From the NCBI GenBank assembly GCA_963809895.1, contig CAWELD010000003.1, forward strand, positions 288,001 through 352,000: a stretch of 64,000 nt of DNA, read 5' to 3'. The DNA comes from an uncultured Gemmatimonadales bacterium (lineage in GTDB: Bacteria > Gemmatimonadota > Gemmatimonadetes > Longimicrobiales > Gaopeijiaceae). The translations under genes and the position numbers were made by a program. The number at the start of each line of letters is the position of its first letter. Position 1 is the stretch's first letter. The notes beneath the pieces were generated by a model. That model saw only the letters and a list, made by a program, of their open reading frames with translations. It searched no databases and had not been told where the DNA came from. Shown piece after piece: positions 8,601 to 20,747 of this stretch.

Positions 8601-10253
8601 GCTCGGAGGGCTGGCGGCCGCGGACGGGGGACTCTCGGCCGCGGCCGCCGCACCAGGCAACCTCACCACGTCGGCGAGCCGGGCGCCGATCCGGTCCTCC
8701 AGCCGCTTCGCTCCCCAGGAAGAGGGCAGGCGGTTCCCGACGATGGAGAACACGACCCGCTCACCGCCGGCGGTCTGCACGATTCCACTCAGGGCGGAGA
8801 CCCCCTCGATGGTGCCCGTCTTCGCTCGCAGATTGCGGGCGGCCGCCGTGCGCTGCATCCGGCGCAGGTGGCGGGTGCCCGCTTCCGGAAGGCTCTCCCT
8901 GAGCACGGGCCATTCGGCGGTGGTGGTCATGTAGGACAGCACCGCCACCAGGGCCGCCGGCGTGGCCCGGTTGTCGGCGGCGAGCCCGGACCCGTCGAAC
9001 ATGTGGACGTCTCCCTCGGGAACGCCCACCACGCGGGTGAGGAAACGCTCCACGGCCCGCGCGCCCGCCTCGAACGACCCTTCACCCTCGACGCTGCGAC
9101 CGATGGTCTTGAGGATGAGGTCCGCGAAGAGGTTGTGGCTCTCCTGGTTCACCACCTCGATGTAGTCGCTGAGAGGGCGTGACCGGTGGAGCGCCAGGAC
9201 CCGGGTCCTGGCCGCTCCGTCGCCCCCGGCGGCGAAGACGCGTCGTTCGCCCTCGAGGGAGGCGGTCCCGTCGGTGACCACTCCGGGGCTTCCCAGTACC
9301 ACGATGCCGGCACGCTCCAGCGCCTGCACCATGGCGTGGGCGGTGAACAGCGCCGGATCCTGCACGGTCATCTGGCGCCACACCTCGCGGCTGCCACGGT
9401 TCATCTGCCCTTCCACCACGATCGGTGCCGTCGGGTCGGTGCGAACCAGCGCGAGGCGCTGGGAGGCGCCGCCCGAGACGGTGAGGGCGTCGTTTCGTAC
9501 GGCGACGCCGCCCTGGTCGGGGAGTGAATGGATCGCCGGAGGCACGCCGGCCACCGTGGGCTCCACCCTGAGGCTGACCACGTTCTCGTTGTACGAGAGG
9601 GCGTCGGACGCGGCGGTGAACCATTCGTTGAGATCCCGGGGATCCCACCGATCGCTTCGCTCGGGGCCCTGGAAGAAGGTCCCGTCGCCCAGGACTCGCC
9701 CCTCGACGGTGCGCACGCCGGCGTCTCTCAACTGGAGCGCCAACGAGTCCAGCACGGCGCCCCTGGACGGGTAGAAGCGGTCGGAGATGCCCGGATCGCC
9801 GGTGCCGTAGAGGATCAGGTCGCCTCGGAGGTGCCCCTGCTCGAGCGGGGCGTCGCTCATCAACATCGTCAGCCAACGGTAGTCCGGGCCCAGGTAGTGC
9901 AGGGCCGCGGCGGTGGTGAAGAGCTTCTGGTTCGAGGCGGGCGCCAGTGCCTGGGTCGGCTCGCGGCTGTAGAGCGTGTCGCCCGAGTCCAGGGACACGG
10001 CGAGCACGCCGAAGGTCGCCCGCCGCCAGCGCACCGATCCCAGAACGGCGTCCAGGTCGGTCCGGAGTCCGGCCAGGACGGGGTCGTTCGAACCCTCGCC
10101 CTCACCGCTGCGGTCGACACGGAGTGCACCGCGCATCGCCGCGGTCGGGGTGCGCGTAGCCTCGCTGGATCGGGAGCGGAGCTCACCTGCCCGTCCGGGG
10201 AGGGCGCCGGCCAGCGCCGCCGCCACCACCAGGAGCAGGGCTCGCCTGATCAC
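8589..10253 (-). CDS. dacB: D-alanyl-D-alanine carboxypeptidase/endopeptidase PBP4 (peptidase S13)
   Basis: PASNQKL (SxxK), SHN (SxN), DGSGL and AKTGT (KTG) motifs; signal peptide. Confidence 0.93.
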   Translation of the reverse strand: MIRRALLLVVAAALAGALPGRAGELRSRSSEATRTPTAAMRGALRVDRSGEGEGSNDPVLAGLRTDLDAVLGSVRWRRATFGVLAVSLDSGDTLYSREPTQALAPASNQKLFTTAAALHYLGPDYRWLTMLMSDAPLEQGHLRGDLILYGTGDPGISDRFYPSRGAVLDSLALQLRDAGVRTVEGRVLGDGTFFQGPERSDRWDPRDLNEWFTAASDALSYNENVVSLRVEPTVAGVPPAIHSLPDQGGVAVRNDALTVSGGASQRLALVRTDPTAPIVVEGQMNRGSREVWRQMTVQDPALFTAHAMVQALERAGIVVLGSPGVVTDGTASLEGERRVFAAGGDGAARTRVLALHRSRPLSDYIEVVNQESHNLFADLILKTIGRSVEGEGSFEAGARAVERFLTRVVGVPEGDVHMFDGSGLAADNRATPAALVAVLSYMTTTAEWPVLRESLPEAGTRHLRRMQRTAAARNLRAKTGTIEGVSALSGIVQTAGGERVVFSIVGNRLPSSWGAKRLEDRIGARLADVVRLPGAAAAAESPPSAAASPPSSGR

Positions 10254-11836
10254 CGCGTCGCTCCGGTGGGGAGCTGGAGATCGGGTCCCTCGGCCAGTCC
10301 CGCCAGCGGGTCCTGGCCGGGGAGAGGCAGGATCACTCCCGGATTGAAGAGACCCTCGGGATCGAGCGTCGCCTTCACCGTGCGGAACGCCTCGACGGTG
10401 TCCGCTCCCCAGATGCGCTCCAGGTAGGGAGCCCGGATGCGTCCGTCACCGTGCTCGCCGGTCAGGGTGCCACCCAGATCGGCCACCAGTCGCACGGCCT
10501 CGTTCAACAGGCTTCGGACGCCGCCTCGCCAATCCGCGGCGGTCAGATCCACGAGCGGGTTCACATGGAGATTCCCGTCTCCGGCGTGACCGAAGATCAC
10601 GCCCTCCGTCTCGTGCCGCGCGAGAATCTCGTCCATACCTTCAAGATAGGCTCCGATACGCGTCGGCGGCACCACGCCGTCTTCGATGAACTGGAGCGAG
10701 CGCAGGCCCCGGGCCGCGGCGCGGGCCACCGTGGGGCTCGCGGCGTGGCGCACCTCCCACAGCGCATCCACCTCGTGGGGATCACGGGCCGCGACCCAGC
10801 CGCCGAGGTCCGCGCCCAACGCCGCCGCCGTACGCACCCCGGCCTCCACCTCGGCCGCGGTCCCCTCGAACTCCACCAGGGCGAGGCCCGCCTCGCCGCC
10901 GAGTTCGCCGGGGATGGCGGCGCCTCCTTCAGCCGCCAGCGCCAGCAGTCGGGCGCCGAAGTACTCGCAGGCCGAGGCGCCCCACGCGCGGGCAGCCCGC
11001 CCCACCTCGGCCAGCGCCTGGGCGTCCGGGATCTCCAGGAGCACGGCGGCCCTCGCCGACGGGATGGGGTGGACTCGCAGTCGTGCGGCGGTGACGATGC
11101 CCAGCGTGCCTTCGGCGCCCACGAGCAGCTGGGCGGCGTCGCCGGTGGGCAGGAAGCGGTCCAGGGCGTACCCGGAGCTGTTCTTGCGCACCGCCGGCCA
11201 GGTTGGGGGGTGCGCGCCCAGCGCGGCCCTCAGGTGGGCATGGAGGCCGGCCCAGGGACCGCCGGCGGCCTCACCCGAGACGAGCCATTCGGCGGTGCCG
11301 TCGGCGCGCACCACCTGCACGGCCTCCACCTGGGCGTGGGTGGCCCCGTACCGGAAGGAGCGCGCGCCCGCGGCGTTGCACGCCACCATGCCGCCGACGG
11401 AGCACCAGCGGGCGCTGGACGGGAGGCCGGTCAGCCGCAGTTCGTGCTCGCGGACGCGCTGGTCCACCGCCGACGCAACCGCCCCGGCGCCCACTTCCAC
11501 GGTCCCGGCGTCCGTGTCCACGTCGCCGATGGCGGAGAGGCCGGTGAGGTCGAGGACGGCCCCGGGGCCCACATTGCCGCCGGGCATGCCCGTGCCCGCG
11601 CCCCGGGGCGTGAGCGGCACGCCACGCTCCCGGCTCCAGGCCACGGCGCGGCACACGTCCTCCACCGAGGAGGGGCAGAGGACGATCCGTGGAGGCAGCC
11701 ACACCGGCCCACGAGAGCCGGACATCTCCCGCAGGCTGGGGAGGTCGCGATGGACGGAACCCCGGAATCCCGGGGGAGGAGGGAGGTGCGGGTCGGGCAC
11801 TACGCCGCGCCGGTCCGGATCAGGCCCGTGCCTCAC
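10250..11836 (-). CDS. FAD-linked oxidase (GlcD/D-lactate dehydrogenase-like); start may be near 11800
   Basis: RGAGTGMPGG, GAEGTLGIVT, GHAGDGNLH, GEHGDG and DPEGLFNPG motifs. Confidence 0.88.
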   Translation of the reverse strand: MRHGPDPDRRGVVPDPHLPPPPGFRGSVHRDLPSLREMSGSRGPVWLPPRIVLCPSSVEDVCRAVAWSRERGVPLTPRGAGTGMPGGNVGPGAVLDLTGLSAIGDVDTDAGTVEVGAGAVASAVDQRVREHELRLTGLPSSARWCSVGGMVACNAAGARSFRYGATHAQVEAVQVVRADGTAEWLVSGEAAGGPWAGLHAHLRAALGAHPPTWPAVRKNSSGYALDRFLPTGDAAQLLVGAEGTLGIVTAARLRVHPIPSARAAVLLEIPDAQALAEVGRAARAWGASACEYFGARLLALAAEGGAAIPGELGGEAGLALVEFEGTAAEVEAGVRTAAALGADLGGWVAARDPHEVDALWEVRHAASPTVARAAARGLRSLQFIEDGVVPPTRIGAYLEGMDEILARHETEGVIFGHAGDGNLHVNPLVDLTAADWRGGVRSLLNEAVRLVADLGGTLTGEHGDGRIRAPYLERIWGADTVEAFRTVKATLDPEGLFNPGVILPLPGQDPLAGLAEGPDLQLPTGATR

Positions 11837-12272
11837 CCGGATCGCACTGCGCGCAGTAGCCGGTGAGCTCGAGGCGGTATCCGGTGACCCGGAACTCGCG
11901 CGCCGACGCTTCGAGGCGCGCCACCTCCGAGTCGTCGACGCGACCGGGTAGATCGAGGACCCGCCCGCAGCCCAGACACCGCAGGTGATGATGATCGTCG
12001 GTCCGGCCGTCGTAGCGCGCCGATCCGTCGCCGTAGCTGAGCTTCACCGCCAGGCCGCAGCCGACCAGCGTTTCGAGGCTCTTGTAGACCGTGGCCAGCG
12101 AGATGCCGGGAACGTCCTGTCGGACCTCGAGGAAGACCTCGTCGGCGGTCGGGTGCGACTCCGTGCCGCGCAGAAACCGGAAGACGGCGGCTCGTTGCTC
12201 GGTGAACCGCTGTCCGTTCTCCTCCAGAGCGCGGCGGAGGATGGTCTCGCTCATGTCGGATGACGGCATCAT
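11820..12272 (-). CDS. Fur-family regulator, PerR/FurA-like
   Basis: HPTADEVF, SLATVYKSL, RYD, HHHLRCLGCGRVLD and CAQC: PerR-type regulatory-site residues plus two CxxC. Confidence 0.9.
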   Translation of the reverse strand: MMPSSDMSETILRRALEENGQRFTEQRAAVFRFLRGTESHPTADEVFLEVRQDVPGISLATVYKSLETLVGCGLAVKLSYGDGSARYDGRTDDHHHLRCLGCGRVLDLPGRVDDSEVARLEASAREFRVTGYRLELTGYCAQCDPGEARA

Positions 12273-12382
12273 GATCCGAGGTGTTCTGACGTTCTCTCGA
12301 AGCTCGACGGGGAATGAAACCCCGCAGAGGATGCCGGGTTTCGCACAGGCGCGTCAACCGCACCACCCACCGGGAGAAGGCA

Positions 12383-12928
12383 GTGTCGAAGCAGGGTCCG
12401 ATTCTCACGCTCGAGCCCCTCGTGGAGGGAGTCCGGGACGGCCTGGAGACCGCGGGGTGGGCCCTGTCCGGTCTCCAGAAGACCACCAGCCACGAGTTCG
12501 AGGGGCGCTGGGCCGGCGAATCCACGCGCAGCGCCTATCTCTTCTTCCACAGGGACGAGAACGAAGAAGCATCCATCGACGTCTATCTGGACGAAACCTC
12601 CCGTGGCCTGCAGGGCAATCTGGCGCTGGTGGTGGAGCTGGAGGAGGTCGAGGGGCTTCCCGGGACCCCGTCGCTGGTGGGCTCGCTGGCCGAGCTCGCC
12701 GCGGCGCACCTGCCCGAGGGCTACCGGACCCCGATCTCGCTGCGCTACCGTCTCGCCGACAGCGACACGTCCGTCACGCGGCTCCAGGTGGAGGCGCGCA
12801 TCAAGCTCCGCATCCCGGGAGCGGCCGTGGAAGCCGGCGCCAACGCGGTCTCGGCGCTGTCGGCCGCCACCGCCCGCAGCTTCGAGGCGGTGCTGGCCGA
12901 CGCGCGCATGCGGGCCCTCCTGGGATAA
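12383..12928 (+). CDS. Hypothetical protein
   Basis: GGAGAAGG RBS before GTG 12383; coding-like sequence (GWALSGLQKTTSHEFEGRWAGEST). Confidence 0.7.
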   Translation: MSKQGPILTLEPLVEGVRDGLETAGWALSGLQKTTSHEFEGRWAGESTRSAYLFFHRDENEEASIDVYLDETSRGLQGNLALVVELEEVEGLPGTPSLVGSLAELAAAHLPEGYRTPISLRYRLADSDTSVTRLQVEARIKLRIPGAAVEAGANAVSALSAATARSFEAVLADARMRALLG

Positions 12929-12930
12929 CG

Positions 12931-14931
12931 TCACGAGTCCCCCGTCGGTTTCGGGCCGCCCGTGAGCAGGCGCAGGCCGTTCAGCACCACCACCAGCGTG
13001 CTCCCCTCGTGGCCGATCACGCCGGTGGTGAGGCTCACCTTGCCGAGGAGCGCCAGCGTCACCAGGGTCAGCAGCACACCCGAGGCGAACACCAGGTTCT
13101 GGCGGATGACGCCGCGGGTTCTGCGGGCGAGCTCACGGGCGTACACCAGGCCGTCCAGGCGCTCGCCCATGAGCACGAGGTCGGCGGTCTCCAGAGCCAC
13201 GTCCGTGCCCGCCGCTCCCAGCGCCACTCCGACGTCCGCCGCGGCCAGCGCCGGGGCGTCGTTGACCCCGTCGCCCACCATGGCGACCGCTCCGTAGCGG
13301 CGTCGCACCCGCTCCAGCGCCGTAACCTTGTCCTCGGGCAGCAGCTCCGCCTCCACCTCCTGAATGCCCACCTCGGCGGCGATGTGCCGCGCCGTGGCGG
13401 AATCGTCTCCCGTGAGGAGCACCACGTGGCCCACGCCCAGCTCCCGGAGCTGGGCCACCGCCTCGGCGGCGCCGGAGCGCGGGCGGTCCGCAATGGCGAC
13501 GCCCCCGGCGGGGCGGCCGTCCACCGCCACCGCCACCGGGGTGGCGCCGGCGGCGGCCCGCGTCTCCAGCCAGCGGGTGAGCTCGTCGGGGACGGGCGAC
13601 TGGAGCGAGGTCTCGATCCAACCGGATCGACCCACCCGCACCTCGTGGCCGTCCACCCGGGCAGACGCTCCGTGACCCGGCACGGCCTGGAAATCCGTGG
13701 GCTCCGGGACGGCGAGGCCGGCTTCCTTGGCGGCCGCCAGGATGGCGGCGCCCAGGTGGTGCTCGCTCCTGGCTTCCACGCCCGCGGCCAGGGAAAGGAG
13801 CAGCGGAGCCCCCGACACCCCCGGCGCGCCGTCCTCCGGCAACAGCGAGAAGATCTCGGTCACCTCGGGCCGTCCCCGGGTCACGGTCCCGGTCTTGTCC
13901 AGGGCGACGGCGTCCACGTCGGCGAAGGCGTCCAGCGCGCCTCCCCCCTTGAAGAGGATCCCGTGGCGGGCCCCGTTGGAGACCGCCGACACGATGGTGG
14001 CGGGGATGGAGATCACCAGGGCGCAGGGCGATGCCACCACCAGGAGCGTCATGGCCCGGTAGAAGGCGTCGTGCCAATCCCATCCCAGCGCCACCACGGG
14101 TAGCACCATGGCCACGACGGACCCCAGGATCACGAGCGCCGCGTATCGGCCCTCGGTCTTTTCCAGCCAGCTCTGGGTCGGTGCCTGACGCTCCCGGGCC
14201 TCCTCGACCATCCGGATCACGCGGGCCAGGGTCGTCTCGCCGGATCGGCGCAGCACCTCCACGTCGAGGCTGCCACCGGCATTGAGCGTTCCGGCGAAGA
14301 CGGGACTTCCCACCTCCTTGGTCACCGGGTTGGGCTCGCCGGTGAGGGTGCTCTCGTCCACGGCGGAGCGGCCCGAGGTGACCCGGCCGTCCACGGGAAT
14401 GCGCTCTCCCGGGCGGATGCGCACCCTGTCTCCCGGCTGCAGACCGTCCACCGCCGCCTCCTGCTCGCTCCCGTCGTCGTCGAGGCGACTGGCCGTGTCG
14501 GGCCGGAGCGCCACCAGGGCGCGAATGGAGTGGCGCGTCCGGTGAAAGGCGTAGGTCTCCAGCGTGTTGCCGAGCGAGAACAGGAAGAGGAGGATGGCTC
14601 CCTCGGGCCAATGATCGACGGCGGCCGCGCCACCCGCCGCCAGCAGCATGAGGAGGTCGACGTGGATCTCGAGAGACCGGAGCGCCGCCACCGCCCTGCG
14701 CGTCGCATCCCATCCTCCGGCCACATAGGAGACCGAGAAGAGGCTCACCCCGAGCCACCCTGGCGCATCCGCGATCATCGCCGCGGCGCCGGCCAGCCCG
14801 AAGAGGGCGCACGCCACCGTGGCCAGCGCTTCTCGCCGCCACGGGGGCGGACCCGCCTCGGTGTCCACAGGCGGCGCAGGGCCGGTGGCGGCGGAGGGGT
14901 GGGGCGTCGGGGTCAGGGTGGTGGTTGCCAT
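12931..14931 (-). CDS. Heavy-metal P1B-4 type ATPase (PfeT/ZosA/CoaT-like)
   Basis: TGE, ASPCAL (SPC), [15 protein letters not shown] and HEGST motifs; no N-terminal metal-binding domain. Confidence 0.93.
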   Translation of the reverse strand: MATTTLTPTPHPSAATGPAPPVDTEAGPPPWRREALATVACALFGLAGAAAMIADAPGWLGVSLFSVSYVAGGWDATRRAVAALRSLEIHVDLLMLLAAGGAAAVDHWPEGAILLFLFSLGNTLETYAFHRTRHSIRALVALRPDTASRLDDDGSEQEAAVDGLQPGDRVRIRPGERIPVDGRVTSGRSAVDESTLTGEPNPVTKEVGSPVFAGTLNAGGSLDVEVLRRSGETTLARVIRMVEEARERQAPTQSWLEKTEGRYAALVILGSVVAMVLPVVALGWDWHDAFYRAMTLLVVASPCALVISIPATIVSAVSNGARHGILFKGGGALDAFADVDAVALDKTGTVTRGRPEVTEIFSLLPEDGAPGVSGAPLLLSLAAGVEARSEHHLGAAILAAAKEAGLAVPEPTDFQAVPGHGASARVDGHEVRVGRSGWIETSLQSPVPDELTRWLETRAAAGATPVAVAVDGRPAGGVAIADRPRSGAAEAVAQLRELGVGHVVLLTGDDSATARHIAAEVGIQEVEAELLPEDKVTALERVRRRYGAVAMVGDGVNDAPALAAADVGVALGAAGTDVALETADLVLMGERLDGLVYARELARRTRGVIRQNLVFASGVLLTLVTLALLGKVSLTTGVIGHEGSTLVVVLNGLRLLTGGPKPTGDS

Positions 14932-14939
14932 GGCAGGGA

Positions 14940-14966
14940 TCTTAACAAGAATTGTTCTTGATAAGA
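14940..14966 (-). promoter_or_regulatory. AT-rich inverted-repeat operator (core CAAGAA-N3-TTCTTG) overlapping an extended -10 (TGtTAAGAT) of a probably leaderless promoter
   Basis: TCTTAACAAGAATTGTTCTTGATAAGA is nearly self-complementary; TAAGAT lies 7 nt before the ATG; no RBS. Confidence 0.7.
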
Positions 14967-15107
14967 AGTCCGATCAGGGGTTCGGGCTGTGCTTGCCGGT
15001 GAGGCCCCGAGGCGCCTAATGTGGCCGGGCACGGCCTCGGGGCACACGACGGGTCCCCGGGCCACATCGTTCTTCCCCCCCACGGCATGGCACCACGGAG
15101 GCCTCGC

Positions 15108-17072
15108 ATGAGCGACGATACCGGCGCCCTCGACTCGCTTCTCCAGGAAGGCCGGCGGTTTCCGCCTCCGGACGCCTTCCGGTCCGAGGCGCACGTGTCC
15201 GATCCCTCCATCTACGCCGAGGCCGAGGAGGATCCAGAGGGCTACTGGGCGCGCTGGGCGGAGGAGCTGGACTGGTACGAGCCGTGGCACACGGTCCTGG
15301 AGTGGACGCCGCCCCATGCCAAGTGGTTCGTGGGCGGGAAGCTGAACGTCTGCCACAACTGCCTGGACCGTCACCTGACCGGACACCGCCGCAACAAGGC
15401 GGCGCTCATCTGGGAAGGGGAGCCCGGCGACGTCCGCGTCATGACCTATTACGGGCTGCACCGGAGAGTGACGAAGTTCGCAAAGGTCCTCCGGCAGTTG
15501 GGTGTGGAGAAGGGCGACCGCGTCGCGATCTACCTGCCCATGATCCCCGAGGCCGCCATCGCCATGCTGGCCTGCGCGCGCATCGGGGCGGTGCACTCCG
15601 TGGTGTTCGGAGGGTTCAGCCCGGATGCGCTGGCCGGACGCATCAACGACGCCGGGGCCCGGGTGCTCATCACCGCCGACGGAGGGCATCGGCGCGGGAC
15701 CATCATCCCCCTGAAGAATAACGCGGATCAGGCACTGGAGAACACACCGGGCATCGAGCACGTGGTCGTGGTGGCCCGTGGCACCGGCATCGCCCGCGAG
15801 CTGGATATGCGCATGAAGCCGGGCCGGGACCTCTGGTACCACGAGCTCATGCGCGACGTGGAGGGCGGCGTGCCCTGTGAGCCCATGGACTCGGAAGACA
15901 TCCTGTACACGCTCTACACGTCCGGGACCACCGGCAAGCCGAAAGGGGTGGTCCACACCACCGGCGGCTATCTCACCCAGGTCTACGCCACCACCAAGTG
16001 GGTCTTCGACCTCAAGGAGGAGGATCGCTACTGGTGCACCGCCGACGTGGGATGGGTGACGGGCCACAGCTACATCGTCTACGGTCCGCTGGCCAACGGT
16101 GCCACCGTGTTCATGTACGAAGGGGCCCCGGACTGGCCCGATCGCGGCCGCTTCTGGCACCTGTGCGAGAAGTACGGGATCTCGATCTTCTACACGGCGC
16201 CCACCGCCATCCGCGCCTTCATGCGCTGGGGGGAGTCCTGGCCGGAGAAGTACGATCTGTCGCAACTCCGCCTGCTGGGGACCGTGGGTGAGCCCATCAA
16301 TCCCGAGGCCTGGATGTGGTACCACCGGGTGATCGGCAAGGAGCGCTGTCCCATCGTGGACACGTGGTGGCAGACCGAGACCGGCGCCATCATGATCACG
16401 CCGCTCCCCGGGGTCACGGACACCAAGCCGGGCACGGCGACCCGGCCGTTCCCGGGCATCCAGGCCGCCGTTCGCGACGACGACGGCGACGACGTGAGGG
16501 CCGGCTACCTGGCCATCACCCGCCCGTGGCCGTCCATGTTGCGCACGATCTGGGAGGACGACGAGCGCTTCCAGAAGCAGTACTGGTCCAAGTGGGACGA
16601 CGTCTACTTTCCGGGAGACGGCGCCCACGAGGACGAGGATGGATACATCTGGATCCTGGGCCGCGTCGACGACGTGCTCAACGTGGCCGGTCACCGCATC
16701 GGCACCATGGAGGTGGAGAGCGCGCTGGTGGACGATTCCCGCGTGGCCGAAGCCGCCGTGGTGGGGAAGGCCCACGAGCTCAAGGGTCAGTCCATCGCGG
16801 CCTTCGTGACTCTCAAAGACGGGATCGACGCCAGCGATATGCTCGCGGACGAGCTCAAGGAGCACGTGGTGGAGAAGATCGGCGCCATCGCACGTCCCGA
16901 GGCGATCCTCTTCACCGCCGACCTGCCCAAGACCCGTTCGGGCAAGATCATGCGGCGCCTGCTCAAGGACATCGCCGAGGGGCGCGCGGTGGGTGACACC
17001 ACGACGCTCGCGGATCCCGAGGTGGTGCGCCGGCTCAAGCAGCGGTACGAGGAGGAGGGCGCCGAGGAGTGA
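15108..17072 (+). CDS. acs: Acetate--CoA ligase
   Basis: [30 protein letters not shown] and [12 protein letters not shown] motifs; GGAGG RBS. Confidence 0.97.
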   Translation: MSDDTGALDSLLQEGRRFPPPDAFRSEAHVSDPSIYAEAEEDPEGYWARWAEELDWYEPWHTVLEWTPPHAKWFVGGKLNVCHNCLDRHLTGHRRNKAALIWEGEPGDVRVMTYYGLHRRVTKFAKVLRQLGVEKGDRVAIYLPMIPEAAIAMLACARIGAVHSVVFGGFSPDALAGRINDAGARVLITADGGHRRGTIIPLKNNADQALENTPGIEHVVVVARGTGIARELDMRMKPGRDLWYHELMRDVEGGVPCEPMDSEDILYTLYTSGTTGKPKGVVHTTGGYLTQVYATTKWVFDLKEEDRYWCTADVGWVTGHSYIVYGPLANGATVFMYEGAPDWPDRGRFWHLCEKYGISIFYTAPTAIRAFMRWGESWPEKYDLSQLRLLGTVGEPINPEAWMWYHRVIGKERCPIVDTWWQTETGAIMITPLPGVTDTKPGTATRPFPGIQAAVRDDDGDDVRAGYLAITRPWPSMLRTIWEDDERFQKQYWSKWDDVYFPGDGAHEDEDGYIWILGRVDDVLNVAGHRIGTMEVESALVDDSRVAEAAVVGKAHELKGQSIAAFVTLKDGIDASDMLADELKEHVVEKIGAIARPEAILFTADLPKTRSGKIMRRLLKDIAEGRAVGDTTTLADPEVVRRLKQRYEEEGAEE

Positions 17073-17626
17073 AGACGCTACGGGCGGGGTGGGGGGCGGT
17101 GGTGGTCGTCGGCGCGTTGGCCTGCGGAGGGTCGATGGCCACGTCGGCCGGCAGTGGCGACCGCGTGGTGCGGGTGCGAAGCACCGGGGCCGACGAGCTG
17201 GTGAGCGAGGTGCGCACGGTCGATGCGGGCTCGCAGCAGGACCTGGCCGCTCCGCTGGCGAACGTACAGGCGGCGTTGTCGGCGGTGCACGACTCCCTGG
17301 GGTTGCCCACGAGCTGGCTCGACCCCGGGCGCACGGCCATGGGGTCCCGTTCCTTCAGCGTGCGCCGACTCGCCGGCGCCCCGCTGTCGCGCTGGCTGGA
17401 GTGCGGGCGCACGCCCACCGGCCGCGATCGGGCCGACGCCTACGACGTGACGCTCTCCGTGGTCACCTCGCTGGCGGTGCGGGACTCGGCGTCCACGACG
17501 GTCACGACCCGCCTGAGCGGCCGGGCGACGCCGCGCTCGGTGAGCGGCGGCGACGTGGCGTGCGGCAGCACCGGACGTCTGGAGCTGCGCATCCTGGAGG
17601 CGTTGGCCGCCCGGGTCCCGGGCTGA
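17069..17626 (+). CDS. Hypothetical lipoprotein
   Basis: LAC lipobox; [14 protein letters not shown]...CGSTGRLE Cys pair; GTGA overlap with acs. Confidence 0.7.
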   Translation: MKTLRAGWGAVVVVGALACGGSMATSAGSGDRVVRVRSTGADELVSEVRTVDAGSQQDLAAPLANVQAALSAVHDSLGLPTSWLDPGRTAMGSRSFSVRRLAGAPLSRWLECGRTPTGRDRADAYDVTLSVVTSLAVRDSASTTVTTRLSGRATPRSVSGGDVACGSTGRLELRILEALAARVPG

Positions 17627-17645
17627 GGTCTCCGGAGCGCTCCCG

Positions 17646-18509
17646 TCAGGCGCTGTCGGGTCCGGCGTCGTCCTCGCCGGTGCGTGCGGCGTCGGCCAGC
17701 GGGTCCGGCGTCGGGGGCCGCCGATTCGCGCGCTCCTCGGCGGGCTTCTCCTTCACCGCCCGCGCGGGAATCCCCACGTAGACCCAGTGGGGGTCCGTGT
17801 CCCGGGTCAGGATCGAGCCCGCGCCCACCATGGAGTCCCTGCCGACGCGGGTCCCCGCGAGAATGGTGGCGTGGTAGGTGATGCGGACCCCCTCTTCGAT
17901 CACGGTCTTCGGCGTGAAGACCTCACGGCCTTCCACGATGTCGTGGGTGTGCGAATAGACGTTGGCGAAGTCCGAGATGGACGCCCCGTCGCCGATCTCG
18001 ATCCCACCACGGTCGTCGAGAAGCACGTGGCGGTGGACCACGACGCCGTCCCCCACCTCCAGGTTGTATCCGAAGGAGAACTTGACGAAGTGGAAGGCCT
18101 TGAAGTCCCGCCCGCAGCGCTTGAAGATCCTGCGGGCCAGGATGCGCCGGAACAGGACGCCCAGATGCACGTTCTCGCCCAGGGGACTCTTGTCGAACAT
18201 CTCCCAGAGCCATTGCAGCGGCTTCACCCGGGCGTACCGTTCGGGATCGATGTCCCGATAGTATTCGGGCTCGAGGGTGATATTGCGGGGATCCATCTGG
18301 TCCAGCGCGATGCGGGTGGCCGGCGGCAGGGTGTCGGGGTCCACGCCGAGGTACCGGGGGTAGTAGAGCTCCGTGAGGATCCGGCGGCAGAGCTCGTTGC
18401 GGTCGGTGGCCGGATCGTCCAGCGCGCGATCCACCGAGTCGAGCCAGGCGTCGTAGCGTGACGCGACGGCGTCCGGCAGCGGAACGGGGCGCAGTGGAAG
18501 GAAAGCCAT
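17646..18509 (-). CDS. Hexapeptide-repeat (LbH) acyltransferase
   Basis: LEVGDGVVVH, IEIGDGASI, VGRDSMVGAGS and YVGIPAR motifs. Confidence 0.85.
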   Translation of the reverse strand: MAFLPLRPVPLPDAVASRYDAWLDSVDRALDDPATDRNELCRRILTELYYPRYLGVDPDTLPPATRIALDQMDPRNITLEPEYYRDIDPERYARVKPLQWLWEMFDKSPLGENVHLGVLFRRILARRIFKRCGRDFKAFHFVKFSFGYNLEVGDGVVVHRHVLLDDRGGIEIGDGASISDFANVYSHTHDIVEGREVFTPKTVIEEGVRITYHATILAGTRVGRDSMVGAGSILTRDTDPHWVYVGIPARAVKEKPAEERANRRPPTPDPLADAARTGEDDAGPDSA

Positions 18510-18660
18510 GGGACTCGGCGCTGAGCGGGATGCGGCGGACGGACTCTGAAGCTTACGGTGCGCGCCGGACATCGTCGAGCCCGGCTCCGGCGGAAGCACC
18601 GCAGCCCTGGAACCCGTACGGTGTTAGACTGGTTCCCACCACCTCCAACCCGACATTGCG

Positions 18661-19046
18661 ATGCACGACGTTCTGAGACAGCGGCTCCTGCGGCGGATCG
18701 AGAGCCTTCCCGAAGAGCAGGTCTACCAGGTCCTGGACTTCATCGAGTTCCTGGAATCCAAGTACGCCCGCGAGCTCAAGGCGGAGGCCTCGGGGCTCCA
18801 GAAGTTCGCCGAGGGCATCGAGGACCGCCTGCGCAAGCGGGCGGTGAGCCCCACCACGCTGCGCGAGGCCTTCCAGCTCATCGCGGCGGCCGACCGCGTG
18901 CTGTCGGGGGTGTCGAACGCGGGCAAGCAGCTCCTCAGCGACCTGGGATCCCTGGCCGAGCCCCAGGAGGAGCGCAACGGGCCTCGCGGAACGACCCCCA
19001 CCGCGCCACCGGATCCCCAGCCCGGCGAGGGCGGGTCCGACGCCAC

Positions 19047-19050
<4 letters not shown>
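18661..19050 (+). CDS. Hypothetical protein, DUF2281-like N-terminus
   Basis: IESLPEEQVYQVLDFIEFLESKY motif. Confidence 0.7.
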
Positions 19051-20700
<1,650 letters not shown>

Positions 20701-20747
20701 TCCCGATCCTCTCCTCCGCGGGCCTCCGGCCCACATCCCCCAACGCC

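Noticed and set aside
12315..12343. TGAAAC upstream of the 12383 gene as another SigW-like promoter
   Set aside because: No CGTA at the 16-17 nt spacing; the sequence instead forms a short GAAACCC/GGGTTTC inverted repeat.
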